64,000 bases of DNA from Actinomycetota bacterium. Lineage in GTDB: Bacteria > Actinomycetota > Actinomycetes > Mycobacteriales > SCTD01. The stretch lies in assembly GCA_033851845.1 (NCBI GenBank), contig JAWWOH010000104.1:30922-94921 (forward strand). Direction: 5' to 3'. The notes beneath the pieces were generated by a model. It made no database searches, had not been told where the DNA came from, and saw only the letters and a program-made list of their open reading frames with translations. Below, piece by piece: positions 27,204 through 36,767 of this stretch (position 1 is the first letter of the stretch; every line of letters begins with the position of its first letter). A program made the position numbers and the translations under genes.

Positions 27204-28538
27204 GTGCGCACAGCGGCCCGGCGGCAGCTCGTCGTCCTCGGGGCGTTGAGCGCGAGCCTGCTGACCGTGGGCAGCTACGGGGTCGGGGCCGTGCCGGCTT
27301 CGCTCGACTCGTGGCTGCACGGCTCGTCAGTCGGCCGCGCGCTCTGCTACGCCCTCGTGGCTGTCGGTGTGCTCGGGCTGCTGTCCGCGTGGTGGTCCTT
27401 GCGCGGGGCCCCGACTCGGGTGGTGCTGCTCTTCTCGGCAGCATGGACCGCGCCGTTGCTCGTCGCCGCGCCGCTGTTCACTCGCGACGTGTTCGCGTAC
27501 GCCGGCCAGGGTCACCTCGTCGATGCAGGCATCGATCCCTACACGCACGGTCCGGCGGACGCGCCCGGCCCACTGTCAGCCGAGGTGGACGACGTCTGGG
27601 CGCACGCGCGGTCGCCGTACGGTCCGGTCTTCCTGCGCGTCGCGAGCTGGCTCGTGCCCGGTGAGCACGTCGCGGTCTCCCTGCTGCTGCTGCGGCTGCT
27701 CGCGGTGTGCGGTTTGCCGCTGATGGCCTGGGCGCTGGTGCGGATGTCCAGCGAACCGGCGCGCGCACTCTGGCTCGCGGTCGCCAACCCGCTCGTGCTG
27801 CTGCACGGCGTCGCGGGTGCGCACAACGACCTGTTGATGGCCGGGCTGCTGGCTGCGGGAATCGCCATCGCGGTCCGGTCCGGGCCTCGCGTTCTGCTGA
27901 CCCTCGCCGGAGGGGCGGCAGTCATCACGATCGCCGCACTGGTCAAGGCGCCCGCGATCGTGGCCCTGCCGTTCCTGCCGTTCGCCGTGCCGAAGCAGCG
28001 CATCCGCACCGCGATCACCGTTGCGGTGAGCGCCGTCCTCACAGCTATCGGAGTTACGGTCGCGACGGGTCTCGGGTCGGGCTGGCTGCACACGCTTGGC
28101 GCGGGCAACCCACGCCGCAACCTGCTGTCGGTGTCCACCGGGGCCGGCGCTCTCGTCTCGCCCGTCGCCGGCGACGGTGCGGTGGATGCGGCACGCCTGG
28201 CCGGGCTCGTCGTCGCCGGTGCCGTTGCTGTGTGGATGCTGCTCCGCGTCGCACCCGTCGACCCGCTGCGCGCGCTCGGGCTCACCCTGCTCGCGGTCGC
28301 GGTCCTCGGGCCGGTCGTGCAGCCGTGGTACCTGCTGTGGGCGTTGCCGCTGCTGGCCTGTGTCGCCGGTCCACGCCTCGCCGCCGGGCTCGCGGCGGCG
28401 TGCGGCGTGCTGTGCCTGTTGATCCTCCCGAGCGGGCGGCACGTCATCCGGCCACCGCTGTACGGCGTACCAGCTGTCCTCGTGATCGCGGCCGGTTACG
28501 CAGCGTCGCGGTACCCCCGTGGTGCGGCGGCCCCATAA
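27204..28538 (+). CDS. polyprenol-phosphate-mannose-dependent alpha-1,6-mannosyltransferase (MptA/MptB family, GT-C)
   Basis: Polytopic membrane protein with TRDVFAYAGQG...GIDPYTHGP...SPYGPVF in the first loop. In-frame GTG at 27204. Confidence 0.7.
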   Translation: MRTAARRQLVVLGALSASLLTVGSYGVGAVPASLDSWLHGSSVGRALCYALVAVGVLGLLSAWWSLRGAPTRVVLLFSAAWTAPLLVAAPLFTRDVFAYAGQGHLVDAGIDPYTHGPADAPGPLSAEVDDVWAHARSPYGPVFLRVASWLVPGEHVAVSLLLLRLLAVCGLPLMAWALVRMSSEPARALWLAVANPLVLLHGVAGAHNDLLMAGLLAAGIAIAVRSGPRVLLTLAGGAAVITIAALVKAPAIVALPFLPFAVPKQRIRTAITVAVSAVLTAIGVTVATGLGSGWLHTLGAGNPRRNLLSVSTGAGALVSPVAGDGAVDAARLAGLVVAGAVAVWMLLRVAPVDPLRALGLTLLAVAVLGPVVQPWYLLWALPLLACVAGPRLAAGLAAACGVLCLLILPSGRHVIRPPLYGVPAVLVIAAGYAASRYPRGAAAP

Positions 28539-28554
28539 GGGGAAGGATCGGGGC

Positions 28555-30165
28555 ATGCGCCGACCCACCATCGCCCTGACCGCACTCGTCGCCGGCGGCG
28601 TGCTCGCCGCCCCTGGGCTCATCGGACTGGCCGGCGCGGCGCCGATCAAGACCGCCGCGGCGGGCTGCCCGGCTCCCCCGCAGCTCACGTTCGACGCGCC
28701 GACGTACGTCGACAAGACCCGGGCCGGCGGCGAGCCCTTGGTCTTCACCTACCCGACCGGACGGCTGCTCTACAGCGCGCATGCCGGCACGACGCACTTC
28801 TTCGCGCCGGAGGCACCGAACGCCGGCACGGCCGCCTTCGGCGAGAACTACACCGGGCAGACCTACATCTGGACCAGCGACGACAACGGCAAGACCTGGA
28901 CGTTCCGGCCGCGCGTCATCGCCCCCAGCGGCGCCCCGGCTTCGGGGTTCTCCGATCCCGAGTTCGCGATGGACAGCTCCGGCGGCCTGTACTTCTCCGA
29001 GATCAACCTCGCCAACGTCGCCGTCAGCAGCAGCCGCGAGGACCACGGCACGACGTGGAACCTGGAGAACTTCACCGGTGCGGTGCTCACCGACCGGCAG
29101 TGGATGGAAGCCGACCGAAAGGGCGAGCTGTACTTCGTTGCGAACGGCCAGCCCGGCGGCACCGGCATCCCGCCCGGCGTCGAGAGCGGTCACTACATCA
29201 GCAAGAGCACCGACGGCGGGAAGACCTTCACGGCGAGCATCCCCGACACCGTCGGCGGCCAGGGTCTCGGTGACCTGCGCGTCGACAAGCGAACCGGCAC
29301 GGTCTACGAGGCGCACTACGACGGCAACAAGCTCTCCCTTGCCGCCTTCCGCAAGGCCCGCACGGGTGACCTGAAGGCGACGGACACCAACGTCGTCGCC
29401 GAGGGCGTCAAGATGCTGGCGCACTGGCCGGCCTTCGACCTCGACCCCGACGGCAACATCTACATCACGTGGGACGAGAGCGGCCATGGCGACCGCGACG
29501 CCGGCATCTACTACTCGCGTTCCACCGACGGCGGCCGGACCTGGGCCACGCCCGTCCGCGTCGACCCTGACGACAACACCGACATCTGGCCGTGGATCGG
29601 CGTGGGCGACGACGGCCGGGTCGGCATCGCGTGGTTCGGCGCGGACAAGAAGCTGCCCAACCAGGACGCCCAGACCACCGGCACCTACGGGTGGCGGGTC
29701 TTCGGCGCCGTGACGACGACCGGACTCGGCTGCGCCGCCAGCAAGACGCCGAGCTTCAGCGTCGCGATCGCCACGAAGGACCCGATCCACACCGGCACGA
29801 TCTGCCAGGGGGGCACGGTCTGCCAGGCTCAGCTGATCGACCGCCGGCTCGGCGACTACTTCTCGGTCGACGTCGACGGCACCGGCCGGCTGTGGGCCGG
29901 CTACTCCGACACCCGGGTTCCCGGCTCGGTGTCGCTGCCGGCCTTCGTCCGGCAGCAGGGCGGGCCGTCGCTGCTGCTTCCGAAGAGGCGGGGTACGACG
30001 CCGACGGCAACGACCGGGCGGCCCCCGGTTGCGGTCGACCCCGCCAGCACACCCCGAGCCTCGGGCGGCGGCTCCCTGGCCGGCACCGGTCCGGGTGCAC
30101 AGCTCCCGGTCGCGGCTGCGCTGATGATCGTCGGCGCACTCCTGCTGCGCCGCCGCCGGGTTTAG
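28555..30165 (+). CDS. BNR/sialidase-like beta-propeller protein with LAxTG sorting signal
   Basis: ATG after AAGGGGAAGGA, signal peptide, and BNR repeats [25 protein letters not shown]-terminus is LAGTG plus a hydrophobic stretch plus RRRRV. Confidence 0.7.
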   Translation: MRRPTIALTALVAGGVLAAPGLIGLAGAAPIKTAAAGCPAPPQLTFDAPTYVDKTRAGGEPLVFTYPTGRLLYSAHAGTTHFFAPEAPNAGTAAFGENYTGQTYIWTSDDNGKTWTFRPRVIAPSGAPASGFSDPEFAMDSSGGLYFSEINLANVAVSSSREDHGTTWNLENFTGAVLTDRQWMEADRKGELYFVANGQPGGTGIPPGVESGHYISKSTDGGKTFTASIPDTVGGQGLGDLRVDKRTGTVYEAHYDGNKLSLAAFRKARTGDLKATDTNVVAEGVKMLAHWPAFDLDPDGNIYITWDESGHGDRDAGIYYSRSTDGGRTWATPVRVDPDDNTDIWPWIGVGDDGRVGIAWFGADKKLPNQDAQTTGTYGWRVFGAVTTTGLGCAASKTPSFSVAIATKDPIHTGTICQGGTVCQAQLIDRRLGDYFSVDVDGTGRLWAGYSDTRVPGSVSLPAFVRQQGGPSLLLPKRRGTTPTATTGRPPVAVDPASTPRASGGGSLAGTGPGAQLPVAAALMIVGALLLRRRRV

Positions 30166-30818
30166 GCCTCGTCGAGCCGGCGGGTGAGGTCGGCAGCCGC
30201 CGCATGCGGGTCGGCGGCCTCCGTCAGCGCCCGGACCACGACGACGCGACGCGCGCCGGCCTCGAGGACCTGGTCGAGGTTGGCGGCGTCGATGCCGCCG
30301 ATCGCGAACCACGGCCGTGGGCTGGCCACCTCGGCCGCCACCTGCAGCAGCGGCAGGCCCGGCGCCGGCCGGCCAGGCTTCGTCGGAGTCGGCCAGGTCG
30401 GCCCGACGCAGAAGTAGTCGACCCCCGACTCCAGCGCCGCGGCGCGAACCTGCTGCTCGTCGTGCGTCGAGCGGCCGATCAGCACGTCGTTGCCGAGCAG
30501 CGCGCGGGCCGCCGCCACCGGCAGGTCGTCCTGGCCGAGATGCAGGACATCGGGTCGTACGACGGCGGCGATGTCGGCGCGGTCGTTGACCGACCACAGC
30601 GCGCCGTGCTTCTCGGCCGCCTCGGAGAACACCTCGCACAGCGCGATCTCGTCGCGCGCCTCGAGACCCTTCTCGCGCAGCTGGACGCAATCGACGCCGC
30701 CGGCCAGGACGGCGTCGAGGAACTCGGGCAGGTCGCCGCGGTCACGGCGGGCGTCCGTGCACAGGTAGAGCCGCGCCGCGGCGAGCCGCTCGCGACGGGC
30801 TGGGCCGACGTCAGCCAC
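30162..30818 (-). CDS. thiE: thiamine-phosphate synthase
   Basis: [34 protein letters not shown], and IGGI near the C-terminus. The GTG overlaps the thiS stop. Confidence 0.9.
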   Translation of the reverse strand: MADVGPARRERLAAARLYLCTDARRDRGDLPEFLDAVLAGGVDCVQLREKGLEARDEIALCEVFSEAAEKHGALWSVNDRADIAAVVRPDVLHLGQDDLPVAAARALLGNDVLIGRSTHDEQQVRAAALESGVDYFCVGPTWPTPTKPGRPAPGLPLLQVAAEVASPRPWFAIGGIDAANLDQVLEAGARRVVVVRALTEAADPHAAAADLTRRLDEA

Positions 30819-31011
30819 CGGCCACCGCCCGCACCAGCTCGAGCCGGTCTCCGTCGCCGAGCCGCGCCGCGGCCAGCTCCGACCGCAGCAGCGCCGTGCC
30901 GTTGTGCTCCACGACGACGCTGCCGACCCGCAGGCCCAGCGACTCGAGCAGCGCCGGCAGCGCGATGCCGTCGGCAACGTCGGTCGGCGTGCCGTTGATG
31001 ACGAGCTGCAC
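30811..31011 (-). CDS. thiS: sulfur carrier protein ThiS
   Basis: 66 aa, VQLVINGTP...[12 protein letters not shown]...[14 protein letters not shown], with the C-terminal GG. Confidence 0.85.
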   Translation of the reverse strand: MQLVINGTPTDVADGIALPALLESLGLRVGSVVVEHNGTALLRSELAAARLGDGDRLELVRAVAGG

Positions 31012-31343
31012 TAGAAGCCTGCCGCCTGGGCCCGCCGCTTGACCTCGGTGCCGCGGTTCTCCCGCAGGGCCTGCAGCGGGGTGCCGGGCAACGAGTCGTC
31101 GGCCGTCGTCAGCCAGCGCAGCGCCTCCTCGTCGGAGTACTTCGCGTCCCGCAGCAGGGTGATCACCGCCGGCAGGTGCTTGACCGGCTGACCGTCCTCG
31201 TCGAGCTGCTCGTCGAGGATGCACAGGATCTCGTCCCCGGGGCGTCGCACCGCAAGGACCCGCCCGTCCTTCAGCAGCTGACGGACCGCCATGATGTCGC
31301 GGCCGGTGCGCTCCGCGACGTCGGGCAACGCAAGCAGCTCCAT
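31011..31343 (-). CDS. Rv2175c-like DNA-binding protein
   Basis: 110 aa. MELLALPDVAERTG...VRQLLKDGRVLAVRR...VKHLPAVITLLRDAKYSDEEALRWL...SLPGTPLQAL...RRAQAAGF. Confidence 0.75.
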   Translation of the reverse strand: MELLALPDVAERTGRDIMAVRQLLKDGRVLAVRRPGDEILCILDEQLDEDGQPVKHLPAVITLLRDAKYSDEEALRWLTTADDSLPGTPLQALRENRGTEVKRRAQAAGF

Positions 31344-31382
31344 GTCCCCGAGACTAGGTGTTGCACGCAGTACGGTCCCCGC

Positions 31383-31838
31383 ATGACCGAGCAACCACCC
31401 CCCACCGACCGGCCCGCCGATGACGGCGGCGACGACGTGCTCGACGACCCCTGGCACGACTCGTTGGTCGAGGCCGGCGACGCCTTCGGCGCCACCGAGG
31501 TCGTGGCCGTCGTGGCCTTCGTGCTGGCGCTGTCGTCGGTGTTCAGCTGGGGTCTGCTCGACGGGAACGCCTACATCTCGCCGTTCATCGACGCACTGAG
31601 CGACAACGCGAACAAGACCGCCCTGGTCCTCGGCCCGGTGATCGGGGCCGTGCTGGCCCTGGTGCCGGTCTGGATGGGCTGGCTGGCCAGCGCGCGCTCT
31701 CTGGCGGACGACCCGCGATGGGTGATCGTGCTGGCCCGCAGCGCCGTCATCCTCGGGCTGGCATCTGGCTTTCTGCACCTCGTCGTCGCCGTGCTGATGG
31801 CCGCCCAGGACGGCGAGGTCCGCATCAGCAGCATCTGA
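31383..31838 (+). CDS. membrane protein, function unknown
   Basis: 151 aa with an acidic N-terminus followed by 4 predicted TM helices. Confidence 0.6.
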   Translation: MTEQPPPTDRPADDGGDDVLDDPWHDSLVEAGDAFGATEVVAVVAFVLALSSVFSWGLLDGNAYISPFIDALSDNANKTALVLGPVIGAVLALVPVWMGWLASARSLADDPRWVIVLARSAVILGLASGFLHLVVAVLMAAQDGEVRISSI

Positions 31839-32799
31839 CGACCGCGCCGCTCGCGGCACTCGCCCGGATGGCGTCGAGCACCGCCGCGGTGTCGCGGGAC
31901 TCCGCAAGCGGCAGGACCCAGCCGGGTCCGCCGGTCAGGACAGCAGAGAGCTCCTCGACCATCAGCTGGTAGGCGTTCGCCGCCGGCACGGGGATGCGCT
32001 CCGTGCCGCGTCCGTCCGAGACCATCAGCTCCGTCACGTCGTCCGTCCACGACGTGTACGGGGCATCGCGCAGCTCCATCTCGCCCTGCTCGCCGCGGAT
32101 GACGAGCCACTGGCCGTTGGCGCCCTCGATGCCGGCACGCACCTCGGCCTGGGCGCCGTCCGGCCACTCCAGGATCGCTTCGGTCGTCAGATCGACACCC
32201 GACGATCCGTACGCCGATCGAGCGCTGACGTGCGAAGGCAGCCCGGCAGCAATCGCCCAGAGGCACGCGGACACGGCGTAGCAGCCCACGTCGTACAGCG
32301 CACCGCCGCCGCGAGCGGGATCGAGCCGGTAGTTGCCGGCCAGCCGACCGTCGAAGGTGAAGCCGGCCGCGACGTGCCGGATCGGGCCGAGGTCGGGCAG
32401 CCGCTCCTGGGCCAGCCGGATCCGGGGATGCCAGCGGTACCAGGACGCCTCGACCAGCAACCGGCCGGTCTCGGCCGACACAGCTCTCAGCTCGTCGACC
32501 TCGGCCGTCGACAGCGCGAGCGGCTTCTCGCAGAGCACCGCCTTGCCGGCCCGCATCGCTGCGACAGACCAAGGCAGGTGCTGCTCGTTGCTCAACGAGA
32601 TGTAGACCGCATCGACGTCGTCATCGGCGAGCAGCTCCGCGTAGCCGGCGTACGCCGAGACCGGACCGAGCGCGCGGGCCCGGTCGATGTCGCGGGCGGC
32701 GACCGCCTGAAGCGATGCACCGGCAGCCGCGTGCACCGCCGGCGCAAGTGCACCCGTGGCGATCCCACCGGCCCCGAGGAAGCCCCATCGCACCGTCAC
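31825..32799 (-). CDS. Gfo/Idh/MocA family oxidoreductase
   Basis: VRWGFLGAGGIA Rossmann start and the EKP motif (VLCEKPLA). GTGA overlap with the upstream gene. Confidence 0.85.
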   Translation of the reverse strand: MTVRWGFLGAGGIATGALAPAVHAAAGASLQAVAARDIDRARALGPVSAYAGYAELLADDDVDAVYISLSNEQHLPWSVAAMRAGKAVLCEKPLALSTAEVDELRAVSAETGRLLVEASWYRWHPRIRLAQERLPDLGPIRHVAAGFTFDGRLAGNYRLDPARGGGALYDVGCYAVSACLWAIAAGLPSHVSARSAYGSSGVDLTTEAILEWPDGAQAEVRAGIEGANGQWLVIRGEQGEMELRDAPYTSWTDDVTELMVSDGRGTERIPVPAANAYQLMVEELSAVLTGGPGWVLPLAESRDTAAVLDAIRASAASGAVVRCC

Positions 32800-34403
32800 G
32801 CCGGCGGGGTGACCGGCCGGCCGCCGTCGCGTGCAGACTCGGTCGCGGCCTGCATCACCGCGATGTTGCGACGCGAGCCGGCCGGCGTCACCTCCATCGG
32901 CTCGCCCGACAGCAGCTGGTCGGCGAGCTGGCGGTGGAACGGCTCCACCGGTGCGGCCGGGATCGACATCAACGTCTCCGACGTACCGCCGCTGCCGTCC
33001 GGGGTGAACAGCCGCAGCGCGGCCGGCGCATCGCTGTGCGCGAGCCGGTCCTCCAGCAGCGTGCCGATCTCGCTGCGACCCACGACGCGCTCGTGCCGCC
33101 AGTCGCCGAGGATTCCGCCGCGCGTGCCGAGGGCGTAGAACTTCGGCTTCAGCGCCGCGGCGAGGTCGGAGTGCGTGAACTCGGCCTCGACGCCGTCGGC
33201 GAAGTGCAGCAGCACGCGGGTGTGATCGGCGTTCGTGACGTCGTGCCAGACGCGTTTGTGTGCGGTCGCCGAGACCCAGTCGACCGGTTGCGGGAACAGG
33301 TCGAGCGCCCAGTCCAGGTAGTGGCTCCCCCAGTCGTAGATCGCCCCTCCGCTGACCGTCTCGTCGGAGTGCCAGTAGTTGCATGGATGCCCGTAGCCGC
33401 CGATGAAGCTCTCGTAGTGGAAGACGTCGCCGAGCTGACGGCCCCGCACCGCCTTCTTCAGGGCTAGGTAGTCGGCGTCCCAGCGACGGTTCTGGTAGAC
33501 GGCCAGGGTGAGGCCGCGCTCGGCCGCGGCGCAGATCTGCCGGTCCGCTTCGTCGACTGTGAGGCAGAACGGCTTCTCGACGACGACGCTCCTGCCGGCC
33601 TCGAGGCAGCGGATCGCCCACTCGGCGTGGGTGTTCGGTGGCGTGCTCACGATGACGAGGTCGACCCCGTCGTCGGCGAGCAGGTCGTCGACGGCGCGCA
33701 CGTCGGGTGCAGCCGCCCGCGCGGCCGCGATCCGGGTCGGGTCGGGGTCGCAGACGGCCGCCAACTCGAGCCCCTGCGTCCGGCGGATCGCCTTGCTGTG
33801 CTCGTGCCCGATGGCGCCGTAACCCAGCAGACCGACGCGCACCGGCGGCCCGTCGACGTGACCGCTGATGTGCAGCAGCAGCCGGTGAACAATGCGCTGC
33901 CACGCCGGGTCGGCGTACGTCTGGTCGGTCGAGCCCACGGTGAGCACGCCGAGGCCGGTGGTCGATCGCCAGGTCGCCACCGCATGGTCGGTGAACGCGA
34001 CATTCGCAGTCAGCAGCACCGCAACGTCGTCGGCCACCTTGTCCTGCACCGGCCAGCGGTCCGTGACCACCAGGTCGCCGCCCAGCCGGGCTGCGACGTC
34101 GCCGGCATCGCGGCCCGGACGCACCCGGATCTCGTGCACGGGCGTCAGCTGGCCCGGCACCAGCCCGGCGGCATCGGTGAGTGCGGTGCTCATGGTGGGG
34201 CCGACGACCAGGATGGGCCGTGGATCGGCCAGCAGCGCGTCCTCTACCGCTTCGGCGAGGCCGCCGGCGCCGAGCACGAGCACGGCGCCCGCTTCGCTGT
34301 CATCGCTCACCGCGACACCGCAACGGGCCAAGTAGTCGAGCAGCGGACGGTCTCGGAGGGCGTCGGCGGAGATCACGGAGACGCGGGTCAAGGCGTGGCT
34401 CAT
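32796..34403 (-). CDS. Gfo/Idh/MocA oxidoreductase with an extra ~190-aa N-terminal domain
   Basis: C-terminal part has VRVGLLGYGAIG, VVVEKPF, AVYQNRRWD. The N-terminal domain is of uncertain family (possibly ThuA-like). Confidence 0.8.
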   Translation of the reverse strand: MSHALTRVSVISADALRDRPLLDYLARCGVAVSDDSEAGAVLVLGAGGLAEAVEDALLADPRPILVVGPTMSTALTDAAGLVPGQLTPVHEIRVRPGRDAGDVAARLGGDLVVTDRWPVQDKVADDVAVLLTANVAFTDHAVATWRSTTGLGVLTVGSTDQTYADPAWQRIVHRLLLHISGHVDGPPVRVGLLGYGAIGHEHSKAIRRTQGLELAAVCDPDPTRIAAARAAAPDVRAVDDLLADDGVDLVIVSTPPNTHAEWAIRCLEAGRSVVVEKPFCLTVDEADRQICAAAERGLTLAVYQNRRWDADYLALKKAVRGRQLGDVFHYESFIGGYGHPCNYWHSDETVSGGAIYDWGSHYLDWALDLFPQPVDWVSATAHKRVWHDVTNADHTRVLLHFADGVEAEFTHSDLAAALKPKFYALGTRGGILGDWRHERVVGRSEIGTLLEDRLAHSDAPAALRLFTPDGSGGTSETLMSIPAAPVEPFHRQLADQLLSGEPMEVTPAGSRRNIAVMQAATESARDGGRPVTPPA

Positions 34404-34412
34404 GCCCGCAGG

Positions 34413-35570
34413 CTAAGCGGACTTCACCGGCACCGCAGGATCGGCCAGCCGATCGGGATCGGGAGCGAAGCCCTCGGTCATCCGCCGACGGCCCTGCACG
34501 AGGTCGCGCGGTCGGTCCACGGTCAGCATCGCCACCAGCCGGCCGGCGGCCAGCCAACAGAACGCCCAGCCGTTCGGGTCGCCGGGCTCGCCTCGGCGTA
34601 CGACGGAGTCGAACCCCTTCGCGAAGCCGGCCCACTGAATCGTGTGACCGAGCTGGTCGGACCAGAAGTACGGGATGGGGTCGTAGATCGCGTCCCTGCC
34701 GAGCAGGGTGGCGACCGCCACGGCCGGACCGTGCAGCGCGTCGTCCCAGTGCTCGACCCGCAACCGGGTGTCGTACCGCGGCGACCACCGCGCAACGCAG
34801 TCACCCACCGCGACGACGCCCGGCACACTGGTCGCCAGGTGCTCGTCGACGAGCACGCCGTGGTCGACCTCGATCGCACTGCCCTCGAGCCAGCCGGTCT
34901 CCGGCCCGGCCCCCACGGCGACCAGCACGAGCTCTGCGGCGACCTTCTCCCCCGACTCGAGGACGACCGCCTTGCGCTGCACCGACTTTGCCGCCGTGTC
35001 GAGCCTCAGGTCGATGCCGAGATCGGCGTACCACGGGATCGTCAGCCGCCCTACCTCGACGGGAAGCGCCGTCAGCGGGGCCGGCCCGGCCTCGATGACC
35101 GTCACGTCGCAACCCGCCTGCGCCGCACCGGTCGCGACCTCCGCGCCGATCCACCCGGCGCCGACGATGACCAGCTTCGTGCCCTCGGTGAGATGTACCG
35201 CGAGCGAGTGCGCGTCGTCGATGGTGCGCAACGCGGCGCCGAACCCCTTGAGTCGGATCGGTACGCCGCCGCTGGCGATCACGAGGCCGTCGTACGGCAC
35301 GTCGCCCTCGGCCGTCTCGACGAAGCCCTCGCGAAGCCCCGTCGCCGGCCGGCCCAGGTGCAGGTCGACGTCGAGATCGCCCCAGGCGACGTCGAGCTGC
35401 ACGTGGTCGTCCCCGCCGCGCAGCACCTCCTTGGACAGGGGCGGCCGGTCGTAAGGCAGGTGCTGCTCCGCCGCGAGCACCGTGATCGCACCCTCGTAGC
35501 CCTGCGTACGGAGCTCCTGCACGCTGCGCGCGCCGGCCAGGCCGCCACCGACGACGACCACCCTCCTCAT
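34413..35570 (-). CDS. NAD(P)/FAD-dependent oxidoreductase of the ferredoxin-reductase type
   Basis: MRRVVVVGGGLAGARS, PYDRPPLSK, and a second GxGxxG (LVIVGAGWIGAE). Confidence 0.85.
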   Translation of the reverse strand: MRRVVVVGGGLAGARSVQELRTQGYEGAITVLAAEQHLPYDRPPLSKEVLRGGDDHVQLDVAWGDLDVDLHLGRPATGLREGFVETAEGDVPYDGLVIASGGVPIRLKGFGAALRTIDDAHSLAVHLTEGTKLVIVGAGWIGAEVATGAAQAGCDVTVIEAGPAPLTALPVEVGRLTIPWYADLGIDLRLDTAAKSVQRKAVVLESGEKVAAELVLVAVGAGPETGWLEGSAIEVDHGVLVDEHLATSVPGVVAVGDCVARWSPRYDTRLRVEHWDDALHGPAVAVATLLGRDAIYDPIPYFWSDQLGHTIQWAGFAKGFDSVVRRGEPGDPNGWAFCWLAAGRLVAMLTVDRPRDLVQGRRRMTEGFAPDPDRLADPAVPVKSA

Positions 35571-35986
35571 AGGAGAAGTGTCCGTCGCCTCCACGCCCAA
35601 CGCAGGGTCGCCACGCTGGCGAAGACCGTGACGACGTTGATGACCAGCTCGATCGCGCCACCACCTCCGGACGTCCAGATGTCGTGCTCTACGTCGTACA
35701 GGACATCCATGGCAGCGAGGTAGATCCCGGCGCCGCCACCGGCGAGCATCCAGAGCAGCGCGCCGCGTCGATACCGCCACAACGCCTCGGCGGCGAGCAG
35801 CGCACACAGGCTGAGCCACGCGTCCGCCAGCGGGAAGGCGTTCTCGAACTCGATGTACGCCGGCCGCGTCGAGGAAACCAGCAGCGAACGGTCAGCGAAG
35901 TACCAGGTGAGCCAGTACGCCAGCATGATCGCCACGGCGCCGACGAGCGCCCACGCGACGACGTTCTTGCGACGAAGGTCAGGCAT
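35567..35986 (-). CDS. small membrane protein (139 aa), function unknown
   Basis: 4 predicted TM helices. The start overlaps the permease stop by 8 nt and the stop overlaps the next start (ATGA). Confidence 0.6.
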   Translation of the reverse strand: MPDLRRKNVVAWALVGAVAIMLAYWLTWYFADRSLLVSSTRPAYIEFENAFPLADAWLSLCALLAAEALWRYRRGALLWMLAGGGAGIYLAAMDVLYDVEHDIWTSGGGGAIELVINVVTVFASVATLRWAWRRRTLLL

Positions 35987-36767
35987 CACGACGGACGAGC
36001 GCGACACCTGCCAGAGCGAGCGCGACGACGGCGTACAGGAAGAACACCAGCAGTCCGGTCCACGGACCGAGGGTGTTCGGGTCGGGACGGAGGCTGGTGA
36101 TGACGGTGCCGGCGTTGCTCGGCAGGTACTTCTCGATCGCGTCGCTCCAGCTGGCCGGTAAGAAGTGCACCACGATGGAGACGACGAAGAGCAGGCCGAA
36201 CAGGGACGTGATGGCCGCGGCTGTGTTGCGAAGCAGCGCGCCGAGGCCGAGGCCGAGCAGGCCCACACCGGTGAGGTAGAGCGCTCCGCCGAGCACGGCA
36301 CGCGCGACGTGCTCGTCACCGAACCCGATGTCGATGCCCTTCGACGACAGGATCGCCTGGCCGATGAGGAACGCCGACAGCTGCGCGCCCGACGCGAGGA
36401 CGAGACACGTCACGCCGTAGACCAGCGCCTTGGCCCAGAGGACGGGGATGCGCTTCGGGACGGCCGACAACGTGGCCCGGATCATGCCCGTTGCGTACTC
36501 GCCGGTGATGAACAGCACTCCGAGCACGCCGAAGGCGAGCTGAGCGAAGAAGCCGCCGACCAGACTGGCTCCCACCGGGTCGAAGGTCGCAGCATCACGC
36601 GGGTTGGTGGGCGGCCAGTGATGGACGACCACCTCGGGAACCAGAACCGCGAAGCCGATCAGGAACGCGACCGCGGCCAGGAGCGCCCAGACGGTCGACC
36701 GGAGAGTCCGCAGCTTCGTCCACTCGGAAAGCATGACGCGGACCGGCGTCACGCGGATGCCGCTCAT
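35979..36767 (-). CDS. ABC-2 type transporter permease
   Basis: MSGIRVTPVRVMLSEWTKLRTLRST..., 6 TM helices. ATGA overlap with the ATPase gene. Confidence 0.8.
   Translation of the reverse strand: MSGIRVTPVRVMLSEWTKLRTLRSTVWALLAAVAFLIGFAVLVPEVVVHHWPPTNPRDAATFDPVGASLVGGFFAQLAFGVLGVLFITGEYATGMIRATLSAVPKRIPVLWAKALVYGVTCLVLASGAQLSAFLIGQAILSSKGIDIGFGDEHVARAVLGGALYLTGVGLLGLGLGALLRNTAAAITSLFGLLFVVSIVVHFLPASWSDAIEKYLPSNAGTVITSLRPDPNTLGPWTGLLVFFLYAVVALALAGVALVRRDA

Noticed and set aside
34413-35570. Calling the FAD protein in the thiGH operon ThiO (glycine oxidase)
   Set aside because: It has the two-dinucleotide-fold ferredoxin-reductase signature (PYDRPPLSK and a second GxGxxG), not the DAO-family ThiO pattern.
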